Numbered from the stretch's first letter, positions 41,156-52,186 are shown. The stretch is DNA of 64,000 nucleotides from Sphingobacteriales bacterium (GCA_021298155.1 JAJTEN010000010.1:824-64823), one strand, 5' to 3'. The notes: generated by a model from the letters alone, not told the origin. Made by a program: numbers and translations.

Positions 41156-42745
41156 TTAATGAGAATGTATAAATTTTTCTTTAGGGTAAATCAACTCATA
41201 ACTAAACCTAATATTTTTTACTTGTTTAGGTTCAAGTGAGATATTCCAACTCAGTTTTCCTGTTTCAATAGTGTGTATCGCTTGATCTGATGAAATGAGT
41301 TTAACTTCTAAGTCACTTTGCGTGCTTACTGGAATTTGATCTTCCACAAGCATCGTAATTTTCTCCTTAGACGTATTGGTAACAATCAACTCATACGTTT
41401 GTAATTCTTTTTTGTTCGAGCCAAAAAACGATTTGCTATTTAATGTTTTTACCATCTCTCTGCGCGCATGCAATCTTCGGTCTTTTCCCAAAGTAAGCAG
41501 TAGTGAATCTTTAGGCTGCTGACTTAATTGAATTTTCCCGGTAAATACGCCATTTAAGTATATACTGGCCTCGCCACTTAACTGGCTAATTAATTCGTTA
41601 TTTTGAACCTTGGCCGTAACAAATACATCTTCACTTAATTTTGGAACAGCAGCAAAACCATATATTGCTGGTAATTGAAATTGGTTCAGCTCTATGTATT
41701 GGATTTTATTTTCAGAAACAACATAAACTAAGCCTTGAACATCAAAGGTAAGTTGTAACAATTGTTGCGCTGGCATTGCTCCCATCCCATTTAAACCAGA
41801 TTCAGCAGCTACCATTGGCATGGCTTCCATATCCATTCTATTATTGCCCTTATCTATCAAATCTTGTTGGTAAACAATTGGCTGTCTCAAATTCAAAAAT
41901 TGCGTACTCAGTTCTGGCTTAACATTTCCTATTTGAGGATCATTGGAAGACAAACGCATTTTTACTTGCTCCCAATTTTCGCCGGTATTTTGTGAAATCC
42001 CTGCTTTTAATACAATTTGTAGTGGAGATTGAACATCTTTAACCCTTATATCGTAAGCAGGCTGCCAACTAACAGAATTCACAAGGTATTGAAGGGTAAA
42101 ATTTGCAGCAACTATATCTTTATTAACTCTAACCTGAACCCAAATTTGATTGCTTAACCCTTGTTTGCCACTCCGATAATCATTGATTATTTTTTCTACA
42201 GTATTGCTCTGTTGTCTTAAGTATTTTTCTTGTTTTTCTATTCTAAAATGTTCGTTTTTAAATTCATTAAATTTTCTTTGAAAAACCCCCAAAACATCTT
42301 CTAATTCATCTGCCTTTACACCTTGTGATGAACCACCAATATTTTTATTAGCCATTAATAAGTCTTTTTGAACTTGCATGGCTTCTCGCTCCATTCTTAA
42401 GGCATTTAACTGCTCTCTCAAAATTTGTAAAGAATCATTCAAGACATTCATTTCTTGGGGTAAATCTTCTTGATTATAGTTTTGCCTTTTAGTTGAAACG
42501 GATAAAACTTCAACACCTTCTGGGGCAATAATTTCTGAGGAATTAAACATCAATTTTGAAGATATTTTATCAAAAATTAAAGTGTAATTACCTTGCTCCA
42601 AATCCAAATTAGCCGTTCGTTTTATCTGTGCTTGATTTCTAAAAACATCTACAAAAACTATTTTTGAAGGTACTATTTTTTGTGTTTGTGCAAGCAGATT
42701 TACGCTTAAAGACAATGCAAACAAACCAGAGAACAAGCTTTTCAT
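41156..42745 (-). CDS. DUF4139-type (MuiA-like) secreted protein
   Basis: 529 aa with a signal peptide, a central coiled-coil (LREQLNALRMEREAMQVQKDLL) and a beta-rich C-terminal domain. Architecture resembles DUF4140/DUF4139 proteins. Confidence 0.65.
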   Translation of the reverse strand: MKSLFSGLFALSLSVNLLAQTQKIVPSKIVFVDVFRNQAQIKRTANLDLEQGNYTLIFDKISSKLMFNSSEIIAPEGVEVLSVSTKRQNYNQEDLPQEMNVLNDSLQILREQLNALRMEREAMQVQKDLLMANKNIGGSSQGVKADELEDVLGVFQRKFNEFKNEHFRIEKQEKYLRQQSNTVEKIINDYRSGKQGLSNQIWVQVRVNKDIVAANFTLQYLVNSVSWQPAYDIRVKDVQSPLQIVLKAGISQNTGENWEQVKMRLSSNDPQIGNVKPELSTQFLNLRQPIVYQQDLIDKGNNRMDMEAMPMVAAESGLNGMGAMPAQQLLQLTFDVQGLVYVVSENKIQYIELNQFQLPAIYGFAAVPKLSEDVFVTAKVQNNELISQLSGEASIYLNGVFTGKIQLSQQPKDSLLLTLGKDRRLHARREMVKTLNSKSFFGSNKKELQTYELIVTNTSKEKITMLVEDQIPVSTQSDLEVKLISSDQAIHTIETGKLSWNISLEPKQVKNIRFSYELIYPKEKFIHSH

Positions 42746-42809
42746 AATACAAATGATTTATACTTAAAAAATGACTAAAACAAATATGATGCCTAAAACT
42801 AAAATATAA

Positions 42810-44351
42810 TTACAATGGGATATTGCCGTGCTTCTTTTTAGGTAAATTAACTACTTTGTTTTCTAGCATAGCAAACGCTTTTATCAACTTTTCTCTGGTT
42901 TCCTCTGGCATAATAACAGCATCAATAAAACCGCGCTCTGCCGCTCTATATGGATTTGCAAACAAATCTGCATACTCTTGCTCTTTGGCTTTAAGCGCCT
43001 CTTCTTTATTTTCTGATTGATCTATTTGTCGTTTAAAAATAATTTCAGCGGCACCTTTCGCTCCCATCACTGCAATTTCTGCACTTGGCCAAGCAAAATT
43101 CATATCTGCGCCAATGTGCTTACTATTCATTACATCATAGGCTCCTCCATATGCTTTTCGGGTAATTACAGTAATACGCGGAACAGTAGCTTCGCAAAAC
43201 GCATACAACAATTTTGCACCATTTGTGATAATGGCATTCCACTCTTGATCTGTGCCTGGTAAAAATCCGGGAACATCTTCAAAAACCAATAAAGGAATAT
43301 TAAAACAATCGCAAAATCTTACAAATCGGGCAGCCTTTTGAGAAGCATGTATATCCAATACACCGGCCAAAAAAGCAGGTTGATTGGCAACAATACCAAT
43401 ACTTTTACCAGCCAATCGAGCAAAACCTACAACAATATTTTCTGCAAAATCTTTGTGTACTTCAAAGAAACTTCCTTCATCAGCAACCTCCGAAATAACT
43501 TCTCTGATGTCGTAGGGTTGGTTAGCGCTATCTGGAATGATATCTATCAATTTAGGCCTAGATTCATCTGTTAGGTCATACCTTAAATCTGGCGCCTTTT
43601 CTTCACAATTTTGTGGAATGTAACTTAACAATTTCTTCAGTTTCTGAATCGCTTCAATTTCATTTGACGCTGTAAAATGCGCTACTCCACTCTTTGTACT
43701 GTGCACACTGGCGCCACCTAAATCTTCACTACTTACCTCTTCATGGGTAACTGTTTTTACCACATTAGGTCCGGTTACAAACATATAACTGGTATTCTCT
43801 ACCATCAAAATATAATCTGTAATCGCCGGACTATAAACCGCTCCACCGGCGCAAGGTCCCATTATTGCAGAAATTTGAGGAATAACACCAGAAGCTAAGG
43901 TGTTTCTGTAAAAAATATCAGCGTATCCACCCAAACTTACCACGCCTTCTTGTATACGCGCGCCACCACTATCATTCAAACCTATAATTGGAGCACCATT
44001 TTTCATGGCTAAATCCATTAGCTTACATATTTTCTCTGCATGTGTTTCAGACAAAGAGCCTCCAAAAACGGTAAAATCTTGCGAAAAAACATAGGTTAAT
44101 CTGCCATTAACAGTTCCATACCCAGTAACCACTCCATCTCCCAAAAACTTTTGCTTTTCCATACCAAAGTCTGAGCTACGGTGTTGAACAAAAGCTCCTA
44201 TCTCTTCAAAACTCCCCTCGTCCATAAAAAAATGAATACGCTCACGGGCTGTTAATTTCCCTTTTTTGTGCTGCGCTACAATACGATCTTCTCCTCCTCC
44301 CAATAAGGCTTTAGCCCTCATTTCTAAAAGTTCTTCTCTTTTATTTTTCAT
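42810..44351 (-). CDS. Acyl-CoA carboxylase carboxyltransferase (beta) subunit (propionyl-/methylmalonyl-CoA type)
   Basis: 513 aa with carboxyl_trans family blocks ([57 protein letters not shown]). Confidence 0.9.
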   Translation of the reverse strand: MKNKREELLEMRAKALLGGGEDRIVAQHKKGKLTARERIHFFMDEGSFEEIGAFVQHRSSDFGMEKQKFLGDGVVTGYGTVNGRLTYVFSQDFTVFGGSLSETHAEKICKLMDLAMKNGAPIIGLNDSGGARIQEGVVSLGGYADIFYRNTLASGVIPQISAIMGPCAGGAVYSPAITDYILMVENTSYMFVTGPNVVKTVTHEEVSSEDLGGASVHSTKSGVAHFTASNEIEAIQKLKKLLSYIPQNCEEKAPDLRYDLTDESRPKLIDIIPDSANQPYDIREVISEVADEGSFFEVHKDFAENIVVGFARLAGKSIGIVANQPAFLAGVLDIHASQKAARFVRFCDCFNIPLLVFEDVPGFLPGTDQEWNAIITNGAKLLYAFCEATVPRITVITRKAYGGAYDVMNSKHIGADMNFAWPSAEIAVMGAKGAAEIIFKRQIDQSENKEEALKAKEQEYADLFANPYRAAERGFIDAVIMPEETREKLIKAFAMLENKVVNLPKKKHGNIPL

Positions 44352-44358
44352 TGTCTTT

Positions 44359-47300
44359 CTAGTTTAATAACTCCAAAATTTCATCTACATCAATTTGCTT
44401 AAAAATAGATTCATCTGTTTCTATCATAGAATCTGCAAGTAATTTCTTTTTCTCCTGTAATGCTAATATCTTTTCTTCAACGGTATCTTTACTGATAAAT
44501 TTATAAATAAATACGTTTTGGGTTTGCCCAATTCTATGCGCCCTATCAATTGCTTGCCGCTCAATAGCTGGGTTCCACCAAGGATCTATCATAAAAACAT
44601 AATCGGCCTTAGTTAGGTTCAATCCAAAACCTCCTGCTTTTAAAGATATCAAAAAGAAAGGAAAATCTCCTTCCTGAAATTGCTGAACCGCTAGCTGCCT
44701 TGCCTCACTGCTCATAGAACCATCCAAATAACAATAGGCTATTTTTTGCGTATCGAACCAATTTTTATAAATCGCTAACTGACTTACAAACTGGGAAAAA
44801 ATGAGCACCTTATGGCCTTCAGCCATTGCCGTTTGAGCCATCTCGGTAACCTCTACAAACTTACCACTATCTCCAACAAATTCGGGATTTACAAGCAATG
44901 GATGATTGGCAATTTGTCTCAATTTAGTTAATCCTTGCAACAAGGTAAACTGCGATTTGGCAATTCCCATATCTTTGATAACTTTCAAAATCTCATTTCT
45001 ATAATGCGATTTTACTTTCTCATACGCCTCTGCCTGCTCTTCGCTCATCTCGCAATACACTACTTGCTCCATTTTTGCTGGCAAATCTGTTGCCACCTGA
45101 TCTTTGGTGCGCCTTAGAATAAATGGATTAATAATCGCTTTGAGTTGCCGCATTTTTTGAAGGTCTTTCTGCTTTTCAATAGGAGAAACAAACCTATCTT
45201 GAAATGAACTTAAACTCCCCAATAAACCTGGGTTTACGAAAGAAAGCTGACTCCATAACTCTTGCACACTATTCTCTATTGGCGTTCCTGTTAACACCAA
45301 TTTACGCATACTCTTTAAAACTTTTACGGCTTTTGAAACTTGTGAATTTGCGTTTTTAATAGCCTGACTCTCGTCTAAAATAATATAATTAAAAACAAAT
45401 TCCTTCAATATATCTATATCCACTCGCACCGTCCCATAGGTTGAAATCACAAGATCATATTTTGTAAACAACTTGGTACTTTTGGCTCTATTTATACCTG
45501 TATAAATTAATACCTTTAATCCTGGTGTAAACTTTTTTGCCTCATTGTACCAATTATAAATCAATGAATTTGGAACCACAATTAATGAGGTTCTAATATA
45601 ATTATTTGAGGCAGTATTGTCTTTGCCTTGCGGGGTTAAGCTGTGGTGCAAAATCCCTCCTGTTTGGAGATAAACTTCTGCATTGCTGGCCGGTTTATCC
45701 TTCTTTGATAAAACCGTGTGTTGCTCGGTTTGAACCAAAGGATTTTGATCAAATATACTCAGTTGCACTGCCGAACCATGCGCTTTAGGTTCAGCCATTT
45801 CAAATGGACTAAAATCTAAATTTTGATCTGCTTTTACTACATTGGGTTGTGCCAAATACAATTCTTTTTCTTTCTGAATTAAAGCCAAGGTTTGTATGGT
45901 TTTCCCCAATCCCATATCATCTGCCAAACATCCACCAAATTGATTGTCTTTTAAGAAATAAAACCAATCAAATCCTGCTTTTTGATAGGGCCGTAAAGTT
46001 CCTTTAAAGAATTGAGGCAATTCCATATCTCTCAACGCGCCATATTCAATTAAACTTTTCAGTTTATCACTCATCTTTACATACCTTCCGCCACCTTGCG
46101 AGATATCTTCCAATAATCCAATATGGTGCTTCTCAATTTTTATTTCATCTTCACTTGTACTAAACTCAAAAATGCCTGTTAAATTTCCAAACCATTCCTC
46201 CGGGATTATGGCAATTAATCCATTGGGTAAAATAAACTCACGCTTACCTTTTATAATGTATTCTCGAAGAGCAAGAAATGAAAAGGTAAACTCCCCAAAT
46301 TGAACAATAGCCCTTACATCAAACCAATCTTTTTGTTCATTGACCTCTATTTTTAGCTCCCTGTGTCCAATGTAAAACTTATTGTGTTCACTGTCTTGAT
46401 TGAGTTCAATCCCATGTTGTTTTAAGGTTTCAAAATGTTGATTGAGCCAATCTAAAAAGGCATACTTATTCATAGAACCCGTGCCCAATATTCCTAATTT
46501 AGGGGCCGCAACTTCTTGGTTTGGGAGCACAAAAAATGCGCCTCTGGCATGCTTTAAACCAAGCCCCTCTATAAACTTAGCCCTACCTTCTTCCCATTTT
46601 CTATTGCGCGCTACCCTATTAAAAACATAATCAGATTCTTGTTTAATAAGCTGGGCGTGCACATCTTGGTCTGATCCATAATCAAAGCTAATATTTGCAT
46701 AGTTAAATTGAAGCCTTAAGGCTACCTCATCTTCAAATAAGGCTTGCATATTAAGCACAGGATAGCCAAAGGAAGGCAAATGATTAATTTTAAAACAATC
46801 TGATTTAACATCATATTTTTCAACCAACTGGAGCACAAACTTATTCAAATAGGTTTCCTCCGTTTTCTTCGGAATTTGAATAAATCGCTTACTCATAAAC
46901 GGCACTAGCTTTTTGCCGTCTACGTTTTTCTCAAAATCAAACAATTGATTATCCAGTAATAACCAAGCAGGTGCCAATGAAATGATTTGCGCACCTTTAT
47001 ACATAAATTCTACCTTTTGATTCTTGTATCTTAGCGTTGGGTAATACCTGATGCCTTCCGGATTATTTTTAAAATGAAACCAAATATTCGCCTGCTCCTC
47101 TCCCACTAAAATTTTAACAGATGTTGGATTATTGTCGTTGCCATTTTTATAAATGGTTCTGCCGCGCAACCGCAACAAAACTTTATTCATCCGCTCTTCT
47201 ATAAATGGTCTGATTTTATCCTCAAGTAACTCTTTGCTGCAATGCTTGGAAAAAAATTCGGCAGTGCGGATTTTCTTTTTAGGGTCTTTGTAAAATCGTT

Positions 47301-47532
47301 TGAAAATAAAATCATCATCTAACTCATCTAATACTTTTATGAGTTCATAATCTTCTGAACTAATTCCTTTCTCAAAATAGTCGGCTGTTTTACTAAAAAC
47401 CCGCTGATGGGTTAAGGTATAAGCGCCCTTACTATTAACTTGCACCACATGCGGTTCCAACAACACGCCCAAATAAGGGTGTTGAAACAAACCATAAATT
47501 AAAGCAAAGGGCTGTGTGTTAACTACTATCAA
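44359..47532 (-). CDS. SNF2-family helicase/translocase with large N-terminal bacterial SNF2-associated region
   Basis: 1057 aa with motif I DDMGLGKT, motif [12 protein letters not shown] and motif [13 protein letters not shown]. The start codon at 47532 is TTG and there is no nearby in-frame ATG. Confidence 0.9.
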   Translation of the reverse strand: MIVVNTQPFALIYGLFQHPYLGVLLEPHVVQVNSKGAYTLTHQRVFSKTADYFEKGISSEDYELIKVLDELDDDFIFKRFYKDPKKKIRTAEFFSKHCSKELLEDKIRPFIEERMNKVLLRLRGRTIYKNGNDNNPTSVKILVGEEQANIWFHFKNNPEGIRYYPTLRYKNQKVEFMYKGAQIISLAPAWLLLDNQLFDFEKNVDGKKLVPFMSKRFIQIPKKTEETYLNKFVLQLVEKYDVKSDCFKINHLPSFGYPVLNMQALFEDEVALRLQFNYANISFDYGSDQDVHAQLIKQESDYVFNRVARNRKWEEGRAKFIEGLGLKHARGAFFVLPNQEVAAPKLGILGTGSMNKYAFLDWLNQHFETLKQHGIELNQDSEHNKFYIGHRELKIEVNEQKDWFDVRAIVQFGEFTFSFLALREYIIKGKREFILPNGLIAIIPEEWFGNLTGIFEFSTSEDEIKIEKHHIGLLEDISQGGGRYVKMSDKLKSLIEYGALRDMELPQFFKGTLRPYQKAGFDWFYFLKDNQFGGCLADDMGLGKTIQTLALIQKEKELYLAQPNVVKADQNLDFSPFEMAEPKAHGSAVQLSIFDQNPLVQTEQHTVLSKKDKPASNAEVYLQTGGILHHSLTPQGKDNTASNNYIRTSLIVVPNSLIYNWYNEAKKFTPGLKVLIYTGINRAKSTKLFTKYDLVISTYGTVRVDIDILKEFVFNYIILDESQAIKNANSQVSKAVKVLKSMRKLVLTGTPIENSVQELWSQLSFVNPGLLGSLSSFQDRFVSPIEKQKDLQKMRQLKAIINPFILRRTKDQVATDLPAKMEQVVYCEMSEEQAEAYEKVKSHYRNEILKVIKDMGIAKSQFTLLQGLTKLRQIANHPLLVNPEFVGDSGKFVEVTEMAQTAMAEGHKVLIFSQFVSQLAIYKNWFDTQKIAYCYLDGSMSSEARQLAVQQFQEGDFPFFLISLKAGGFGLNLTKADYVFMIDPWWNPAIERQAIDRAHRIGQTQNVFIYKFISKDTVEEKILALQEKKKLLADSMIETDESIFKQIDVDEILELLN

Positions 47533-47607
47533 TTTCAGGACACTTTAAGTTGGGCAAGATACGATAAATTAAAAATAGCTACCAATATTTTAGCCATTTT
47601 TTTTATC

Positions 47608-48408
47608 CTAAAAATGCCCCTTAAAAACGAACTGAGCAGGTCCCATCAGCCAAATATCAGAAAATGCACTTTTATTCGTATTCAAGGTAAATTGTATGGC
47701 CAAATCGCCTCCCGGCACTGCAATATGTGTAGTGTGTTTGCCTGCTGGCAAATTAGCAAAAATTGCGGCAGATAAGGCAGCAGCCGTTGCGCCAGTTCCA
47801 CAAGAATATGTCTCATCTTCTACGCCTCGTTCATAAGTGCGCATGCAAAGGTTATGAAGACCCTGCATATTGACGAAATTAACGTTTATGCCTTGTTGGG
47901 CATACGTTTCATTATATCGAATTGTTTTAGCTAAAGAAATCAGTGGAATTTCAGAAACAGACTCTTCAATAAATGCCACATAATGGGGCGAACCTGTATT
48001 CAGTTCAAATTTTTCATCACCAATTATTTTTACCTCATTAACCGGAATCATTTCTAAAGCGATCCAACTTTCGCCTAACTTTGAATGCATCACATGGGCT
48101 TGGTGTAGGCCATCTATCGCAGTAAATCTAATTTCCGACTCAGCCAAACCCATATCAAAAATAAATTGCGCAAAACACCTTCCTCCATTTCCACACATGC
48201 TGCTCTCTGCCCCATCGCTATTAAAATAGCACATGTAAAAGCTTCCATCAACTTGGGTTTGCAAAAGAATTAAACCGTCTGAACCAATGCCGAATCTTCG
48301 GTTACAAAGCTGTTCAATATAGGCCTTGTTTTCCGCAGGAAATTGCCTTTGCCTATCGTCTATGATAATAAAATCATTTCCTGTACCTTGATATTTATAA
48401 AACTCCAT
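47608..48408 (-). CDS. dapF: Diaminopimelate epimerase
   Basis: 266 aa with YQGTGNDFIIID and both catalytic Cys motifs (SMCGNGGRCF, YSCGTGATA). Confidence 0.92.
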   Translation of the reverse strand: MEFYKYQGTGNDFIIIDDRQRQFPAENKAYIEQLCNRRFGIGSDGLILLQTQVDGSFYMCYFNSDGAESSMCGNGGRCFAQFIFDMGLAESEIRFTAIDGLHQAHVMHSKLGESWIALEMIPVNEVKIIGDEKFELNTGSPHYVAFIEESVSEIPLISLAKTIRYNETYAQQGINVNFVNMQGLHNLCMRTYERGVEDETYSCGTGATAAALSAAIFANLPAGKHTTHIAVPGGDLAIQFTLNTNKSAFSDIWLMGPAQFVFKGHF

Positions 48409-49364
48409 TATTCAGCTAATTTTTGAAACATCCCGTTTGGAAACAAATAATAGGCCTGTTTATTAATGATAATCGTATAAGATTTATTAACCTCAGAATA
48501 AGTAAGATAGATATTTGCAGTGGTATCTAATCCATACAATAAAATCTTTTTTCCATTGAAAATATACCCTCTTATATGTATTGGAGAATCCCAATATTCA
48601 ACCAACAATTGTCTGGCAATTAAATGTGGATTAGAGAAAAAACTAATGCGAGCAAGCTCTTCCAAAGTGGTATCTGTTTGCAGGGTGTCGATACCATTTT
48701 TTAACAAATTTATTCGCTCACTTAATTGAATATTTTCTAACACTTTGAACAAAGAATCGAAAACAAAATAATCGCCTTCAATAATCCAAGACGGATCCTG
48801 TTCCATTTTCCCTGTTATGTTACTTAATGCAGAATCTTCATGTTGCACATCCAAGTCCATATTCATTTTTTTAGACTTTTCTACCTTCAAAGTCAATTCA
48901 TCTGAACCTCCTAAGTATTTTTTAGGAAAGTTTTTAAATACATTTATCTTTTCTATAAGCGGCTTACGCGCAATCTTCTGTTGTTCTTGATAAAAATTGC
49001 TAGCGTAATAATCTACCATTAAAACTAAAGCAAACAGAGAAAAAATGGCAAGCACCCAACCCCAACTTTGAGGCTTCTTTTTCATGATTTCTGGCTCATC
49101 ATATTCTGCCAGTTCTTCTGCAACTATTTCCGTTCTATTCTTCTTATAATATTCAAAACTCTCTTGAAATAATGAGTCTGTTTGTAATTTATTCTCAAAC
49201 AATGCTAACTCCTCTCCCTTCATTTCATTTCGGAGATATTTTTCAAAATAATATTGATGCTTGTCGTGAGAAAATTGCATGTGTACTAAGTATGATCTTA
49301 CAAACTTCGTTAAATTATTGATAAATTTCGACTTATTTCTAAGAACCCAATCAAAAAATGTCAT
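48408..49364 (-). CDS. Hypothetical single-pass membrane protein (anti-sigma-like N-terminus)
   Basis: 318 aa. FEKYLRNEMKGEELALFENKLQTD resembles N-terminal helices of anti-sigma-type proteins but has no zinc ligands. One TM (WGWVLAIFSLFALVLMV). The stop shares one base with the dapF ATG. An alternative start lies at the internal MQFSHD. Confidence 0.5.
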   Translation of the reverse strand: MTFFDWVLRNKSKFINNLTKFVRSYLVHMQFSHDKHQYYFEKYLRNEMKGEELALFENKLQTDSLFQESFEYYKKNRTEIVAEELAEYDEPEIMKKKPQSWGWVLAIFSLFALVLMVDYYASNFYQEQQKIARKPLIEKINVFKNFPKKYLGGSDELTLKVEKSKKMNMDLDVQHEDSALSNITGKMEQDPSWIIEGDYFVFDSLFKVLENIQLSERINLLKNGIDTLQTDTTLEELARISFFSNPHLIARQLLVEYWDSPIHIRGYIFNGKKILLYGLDTTANIYLTYSEVNKSYTIIINKQAYYLFPNGMFQKLAE

Positions 49365-49437
49365 AAATTTTCCTTAAAAATCTGTCATTTTGTATGATGG
49401 AATGATTTTTGAAAAACAAATAAAAAAAATGTACACA

Positions 49438-50880
49438 ATGAAAAAATATATTGGAATGCTTGTAGTAGCTAGTCTGGGAGGATTAGTTGCTGTTGGACTT
49501 TACAAACTTATTGATCACGACAATCAATCTAGGTTCGAATCTGATTATGTGGCTAAATTTGCCAATTTAAGTGAAAGCAATAACCCTGATTTTGTGGCTG
49601 TGGCAGAATTGGTAACCCCAAGTGTTGTGCATATTCTAACAACTGTTCCTGCCAGTCAAAACCAAATGGAAATGGATCCATTCGGTGGTTTTTTCCGCGG
49701 ATTTGAGATGCCTCAAAGAGAGAGAAGAGGCTCTGGTTCGGGCGTTATCATCTCCTCAGATGGTTATATTGTTACCAATAACCACGTGATTGATGGTGCA
49801 TCTAAAATAAAGGTTATTTTAAACGACAAACGTGAATATGATGCAGAACTTCTTGGAACAGATAGAAATACAGATCTAGCCCTACTGCGCATTGAAGAGA
49901 AAAATTTACCTTTTGCCGTGGTAGGTAACTCAGATCAGGTTAAAGTTGGACAATGGGTTTTGGCAGTGGGCAATCCGTTTAACCTCACCTCTACCGTAAC
50001 AGCTGGTATTGTAAGTGCAAAAGGGCGCGGACTAAACCTAATCCGTGATCCAAGAAATCAGGAAACACAATATGCCATTGAGGCTTTTATACAAACTGAT
50101 GCTGCTGTTAATCCAGGAAATAGCGGAGGTGCATTGGTTTCAACAGATGGTAAATTGGTGGGCATCAATACTGCCATTGCCAGCGAAACCGGACAATATG
50201 CAGGTTATGCCTTTGCAATTCCTTCAAATCTTATGAAAAAAGTGGTGGATGATTTGATGAAATTTGGTTCGGTTCAGCGTGGATTATTGGGTGTTCAAAT
50301 TCAAGATGTAAATAATGAATTGGCTGAAAAAGAAGGCCTCAAAGAAGTAAAGGGTGTGTTTGTTGCTAAAGTAAATGAAAATAGCGCCGCCGAAGCCGCT
50401 GGCATGAAAGATGGCGATGTAATTATTAGTATTGACAATGAAGCGGTAAATACCAGTAATGAATTACAAGAAAAAGTGGGTAAGAAGAGTCCGGGCGATA
50501 AAGTACTGGTTGGTATTTTACGCAAGGGTAAAAATATAGAGCTTACCGCTACCTTGCGCAATAAAGAAGGTAAAGCAGAATTAGCTAAAGCAGAAAAAAT
50601 TGAAAACAATAAGTTATTAGATTGCGAGTTCGAATCTATACCACGCGAGGAAAGACTTAAATTAAAAATTGCCAATGGCGTGCGAATCAAAAAAGTGGGT
50701 GATAAGAGTCCACTCAAAAAAGCCGGTATCCCGAACGGATTTATTGTAACCAGTATTGATAAAAAGTTAGTATCAACTTTTACAGATATCAAACTTAATT
50801 TAGAAGATAGAAAAGGCGGCGTGCTCTTCGAAGGGATAAACCCCGACGGAAGTAAAGGCTATTACGGATTTGGATTGTAA
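49438..50880 (+). CDS. htrA: HtrA/DegP-family periplasmic serine protease with two PDZ domains
   Basis: The ORF track starts at TTG 49390. ATG 49438 gives MKKYIGMLVVASLGG..., a signal anchor. Catalytic triad contexts are TNNHVIDGA, DLALLRI and GNSGGAL. Confidence 0.9.
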   Translation: MKKYIGMLVVASLGGLVAVGLYKLIDHDNQSRFESDYVAKFANLSESNNPDFVAVAELVTPSVVHILTTVPASQNQMEMDPFGGFFRGFEMPQRERRGSGSGVIISSDGYIVTNNHVIDGASKIKVILNDKREYDAELLGTDRNTDLALLRIEEKNLPFAVVGNSDQVKVGQWVLAVGNPFNLTSTVTAGIVSAKGRGLNLIRDPRNQETQYAIEAFIQTDAAVNPGNSGGALVSTDGKLVGINTAIASETGQYAGYAFAIPSNLMKKVVDDLMKFGSVQRGLLGVQIQDVNNELAEKEGLKEVKGVFVAKVNENSAAEAAGMKDGDVIISIDNEAVNTSNELQEKVGKKSPGDKVLVGILRKGKNIELTATLRNKEGKAELAKAEKIENNKLLDCEFESIPREERLKLKIANGVRIKKVGDKSPLKKAGIPNGFIVTSIDKKLVSTFTDIKLNLEDRKGGVLFEGINPDGSKGYYGFGL

Positions 50881-50881
50881 G

Positions 50882-51021
50882 AAAAGTCCATAGTCGATTG
50901 TCCATAGACGATAGCCAATTGCGCTGGATAGAATATTCTTTTTTCCTAAAGATTTCTATTTAAGCCATTGACGTTCTATAAACCACTATGGACTATGGAC
51001 CATGGACTATCGACTTTTTTT
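50882..51021 (+). repeat. Inverted arrays of heptamer repeats (TCCATAG-like / CTATGGA-like) forming a long hairpin followed by a T7 run; probable htrA terminator or MITE-like element
   Basis: The 5' arm 50886-50914 (gtccatag tcgattg tccatag acgatag) pairs with the 3' arm 50986-51014 (ctatgga ctatgga ccatgga ctatcgac) at 24 of 29 positions. Flanking aaaa/tttt add four more pairs. A 71-nt spacer separates the arms, and ttttttt lies at 51015-51021. Confidence 0.7.
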
Positions 51022-51037
51022 CCTACTTTTGCCACCT

Positions 51038-52132
51038 ATGGAAATAGTGAATGGAAAGTACGCCGTTGCTGGCGTTAACTTGGAAGACATTGCTGCTCAA
51101 TTTGGCGCACCCGTATATGTATACAACGGAGAAAAAATAGTTTCACAATATGAACGTTTAGTGAATGCATTTAAACCATTAAACGTGAAAGTAAAATATG
51201 CTTGTAAAGCACTCAATAATACGTCTATCCTTAAACTACTCAAAAAGCATGGCTGCGGTTTAGATACCGTTTCTATCAACGAAGTGTTATTGGGTTTAAA
51301 AGCTGGTTACCAGCCAACGGAGATTATTTTTACACCTAATTGCGTGAGTATTGAAGAAATTCAAGAAGCTGTAAAACTTGGTGTACATATTAATATTGAT
51401 AATATATCTATCTTGGAACAATTTGGCAGTATTTATGGAAATACTGTTCCATGCTGCATTCGCGTAAACCCACATATTTTAGCTGGTGGTAATGCCAAAA
51501 TTTCTACCGGACATATTGATTCGAAATTTGGAATTTCTGTGCATCAAATGCGCCACGTAGCACGCGTAGTTAAATCAAGCAATATTCATGTAAATGGATT
51601 ACACATGCATACGGGTTCCGATATTTTGGATGCAGGTGTATTCCTTCAAGGTGCAGAAATCTTATTTGATATCGCCAAAGATTTCCCAGACTTATCGTTT
51701 GTAGATTTTGGTTCTGGATTTAAGGTTGCGTATAAGGAAGGAGATATAACTACAGATATCGAAGAATTAGCTTCGGCTATCACCCAGCGCTTTCAAGAGT
51801 TTTGCAAAGAATATGGCAGAGAACTAGAACTTTGGTTCGAACCAGGCAAGTTTTTGGTAAGCGAATCGGGCTATTTTTTAGCTAAAGTAAATGTGCTTAA
51901 ACAAACTACTGCCACCGTTTTTGTGGGTGTAGATTCTGGTCTGAACCATTTAATTAGACCCATGTTATACGATTCATATCACCACATTGTAAACTTATCA
52001 AATCCAGAAGGCAAACAAAGGATTTACACAGTTGTAGGATATATCTGCGAAACCGATACGTTTGGATGGGACAGAAAAATTAATGAAGTACATGAAGGCG
52101 ATATCTTGTGTTTTAAAAATGCGGGCGCATAA
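51038..52132 (+). CDS. lysA: Diaminopimelate decarboxylase, apparently truncated at the C-terminus (possible pseudogene)
   Basis: LysA blocks are present (VKYACKALNN PLP-Lys region, HMHTGS, WFEPGKFLV, GYICETDTF). I place the start at ATG 51038 (MEIVNGKY), because the track start at 51002 lies in the upstream repeat. The ORF ends ...FKNAGA-TAA, exactly where the conserved (A/T)GAY motif continues in characterised LysA. Confidence 0.8.
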   Translation: MEIVNGKYAVAGVNLEDIAAQFGAPVYVYNGEKIVSQYERLVNAFKPLNVKVKYACKALNNTSILKLLKKHGCGLDTVSINEVLLGLKAGYQPTEIIFTPNCVSIEEIQEAVKLGVHINIDNISILEQFGSIYGNTVPCCIRVNPHILAGGNAKISTGHIDSKFGISVHQMRHVARVVKSSNIHVNGLHMHTGSDILDAGVFLQGAEILFDIAKDFPDLSFVDFGSGFKVAYKEGDITTDIEELASAITQRFQEFCKEYGRELELWFEPGKFLVSESGYFLAKVNVLKQTTATVFVGVDSGLNHLIRPMLYDSYHHIVNLSNPEGKQRIYTVVGYICETDTFGWDRKINEVHEGDILCFKNAGA

Positions 52133-52135
52133 ATG

Positions 52136-52186
52136 CGAGAGGCGAGATTTAAGAGAAAACTTCTCGGATCTCGTTTCTCGTTTCTT
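52136..52186 (+). terminator. Candidate intrinsic terminator downstream of lysA
   Basis: cgagaggcgaga (52136-52147) pairs with tctcgtttctcg (52169-52180) over 12 bp including two G-U pairs. An inner gagaa/ttctc helix is present, and tttctt follows. Confidence 0.55.

Noticed and set aside
44359-47532. SNF2 helicase as part of a defence system (DISARM/Zorya/BREX-like)
   Set aside because: There is no adjacent methyltransferase, nuclease, phospholipase D, DUF1998 or membrane-anchor gene. The neighbours are dapF and an acyl-CoA carboxyltransferase. The architecture matches the widespread bacterial SNF2 with an N-terminal associated domain.
50881-51037. Lysine (L-box) riboswitch upstream of lysA
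   Set aside because: The spacer is only about 155 nt and is taken up by the heptamer inverted repeat. I could not find the multi-helix junction or conserved L-box core segments. The structure looks like a simple long hairpin with a T-run.
52130-52132. TAA in lysA being decoded as Tyr (stop-codon reassignment or read-through)
   Set aside because: TAA is used as an ordinary stop by many confidently called genes in this window, e.g. the TPR gene, the DUF853 gene and the ABC permease. The downstream in-frame sequence also does not resemble LysA.
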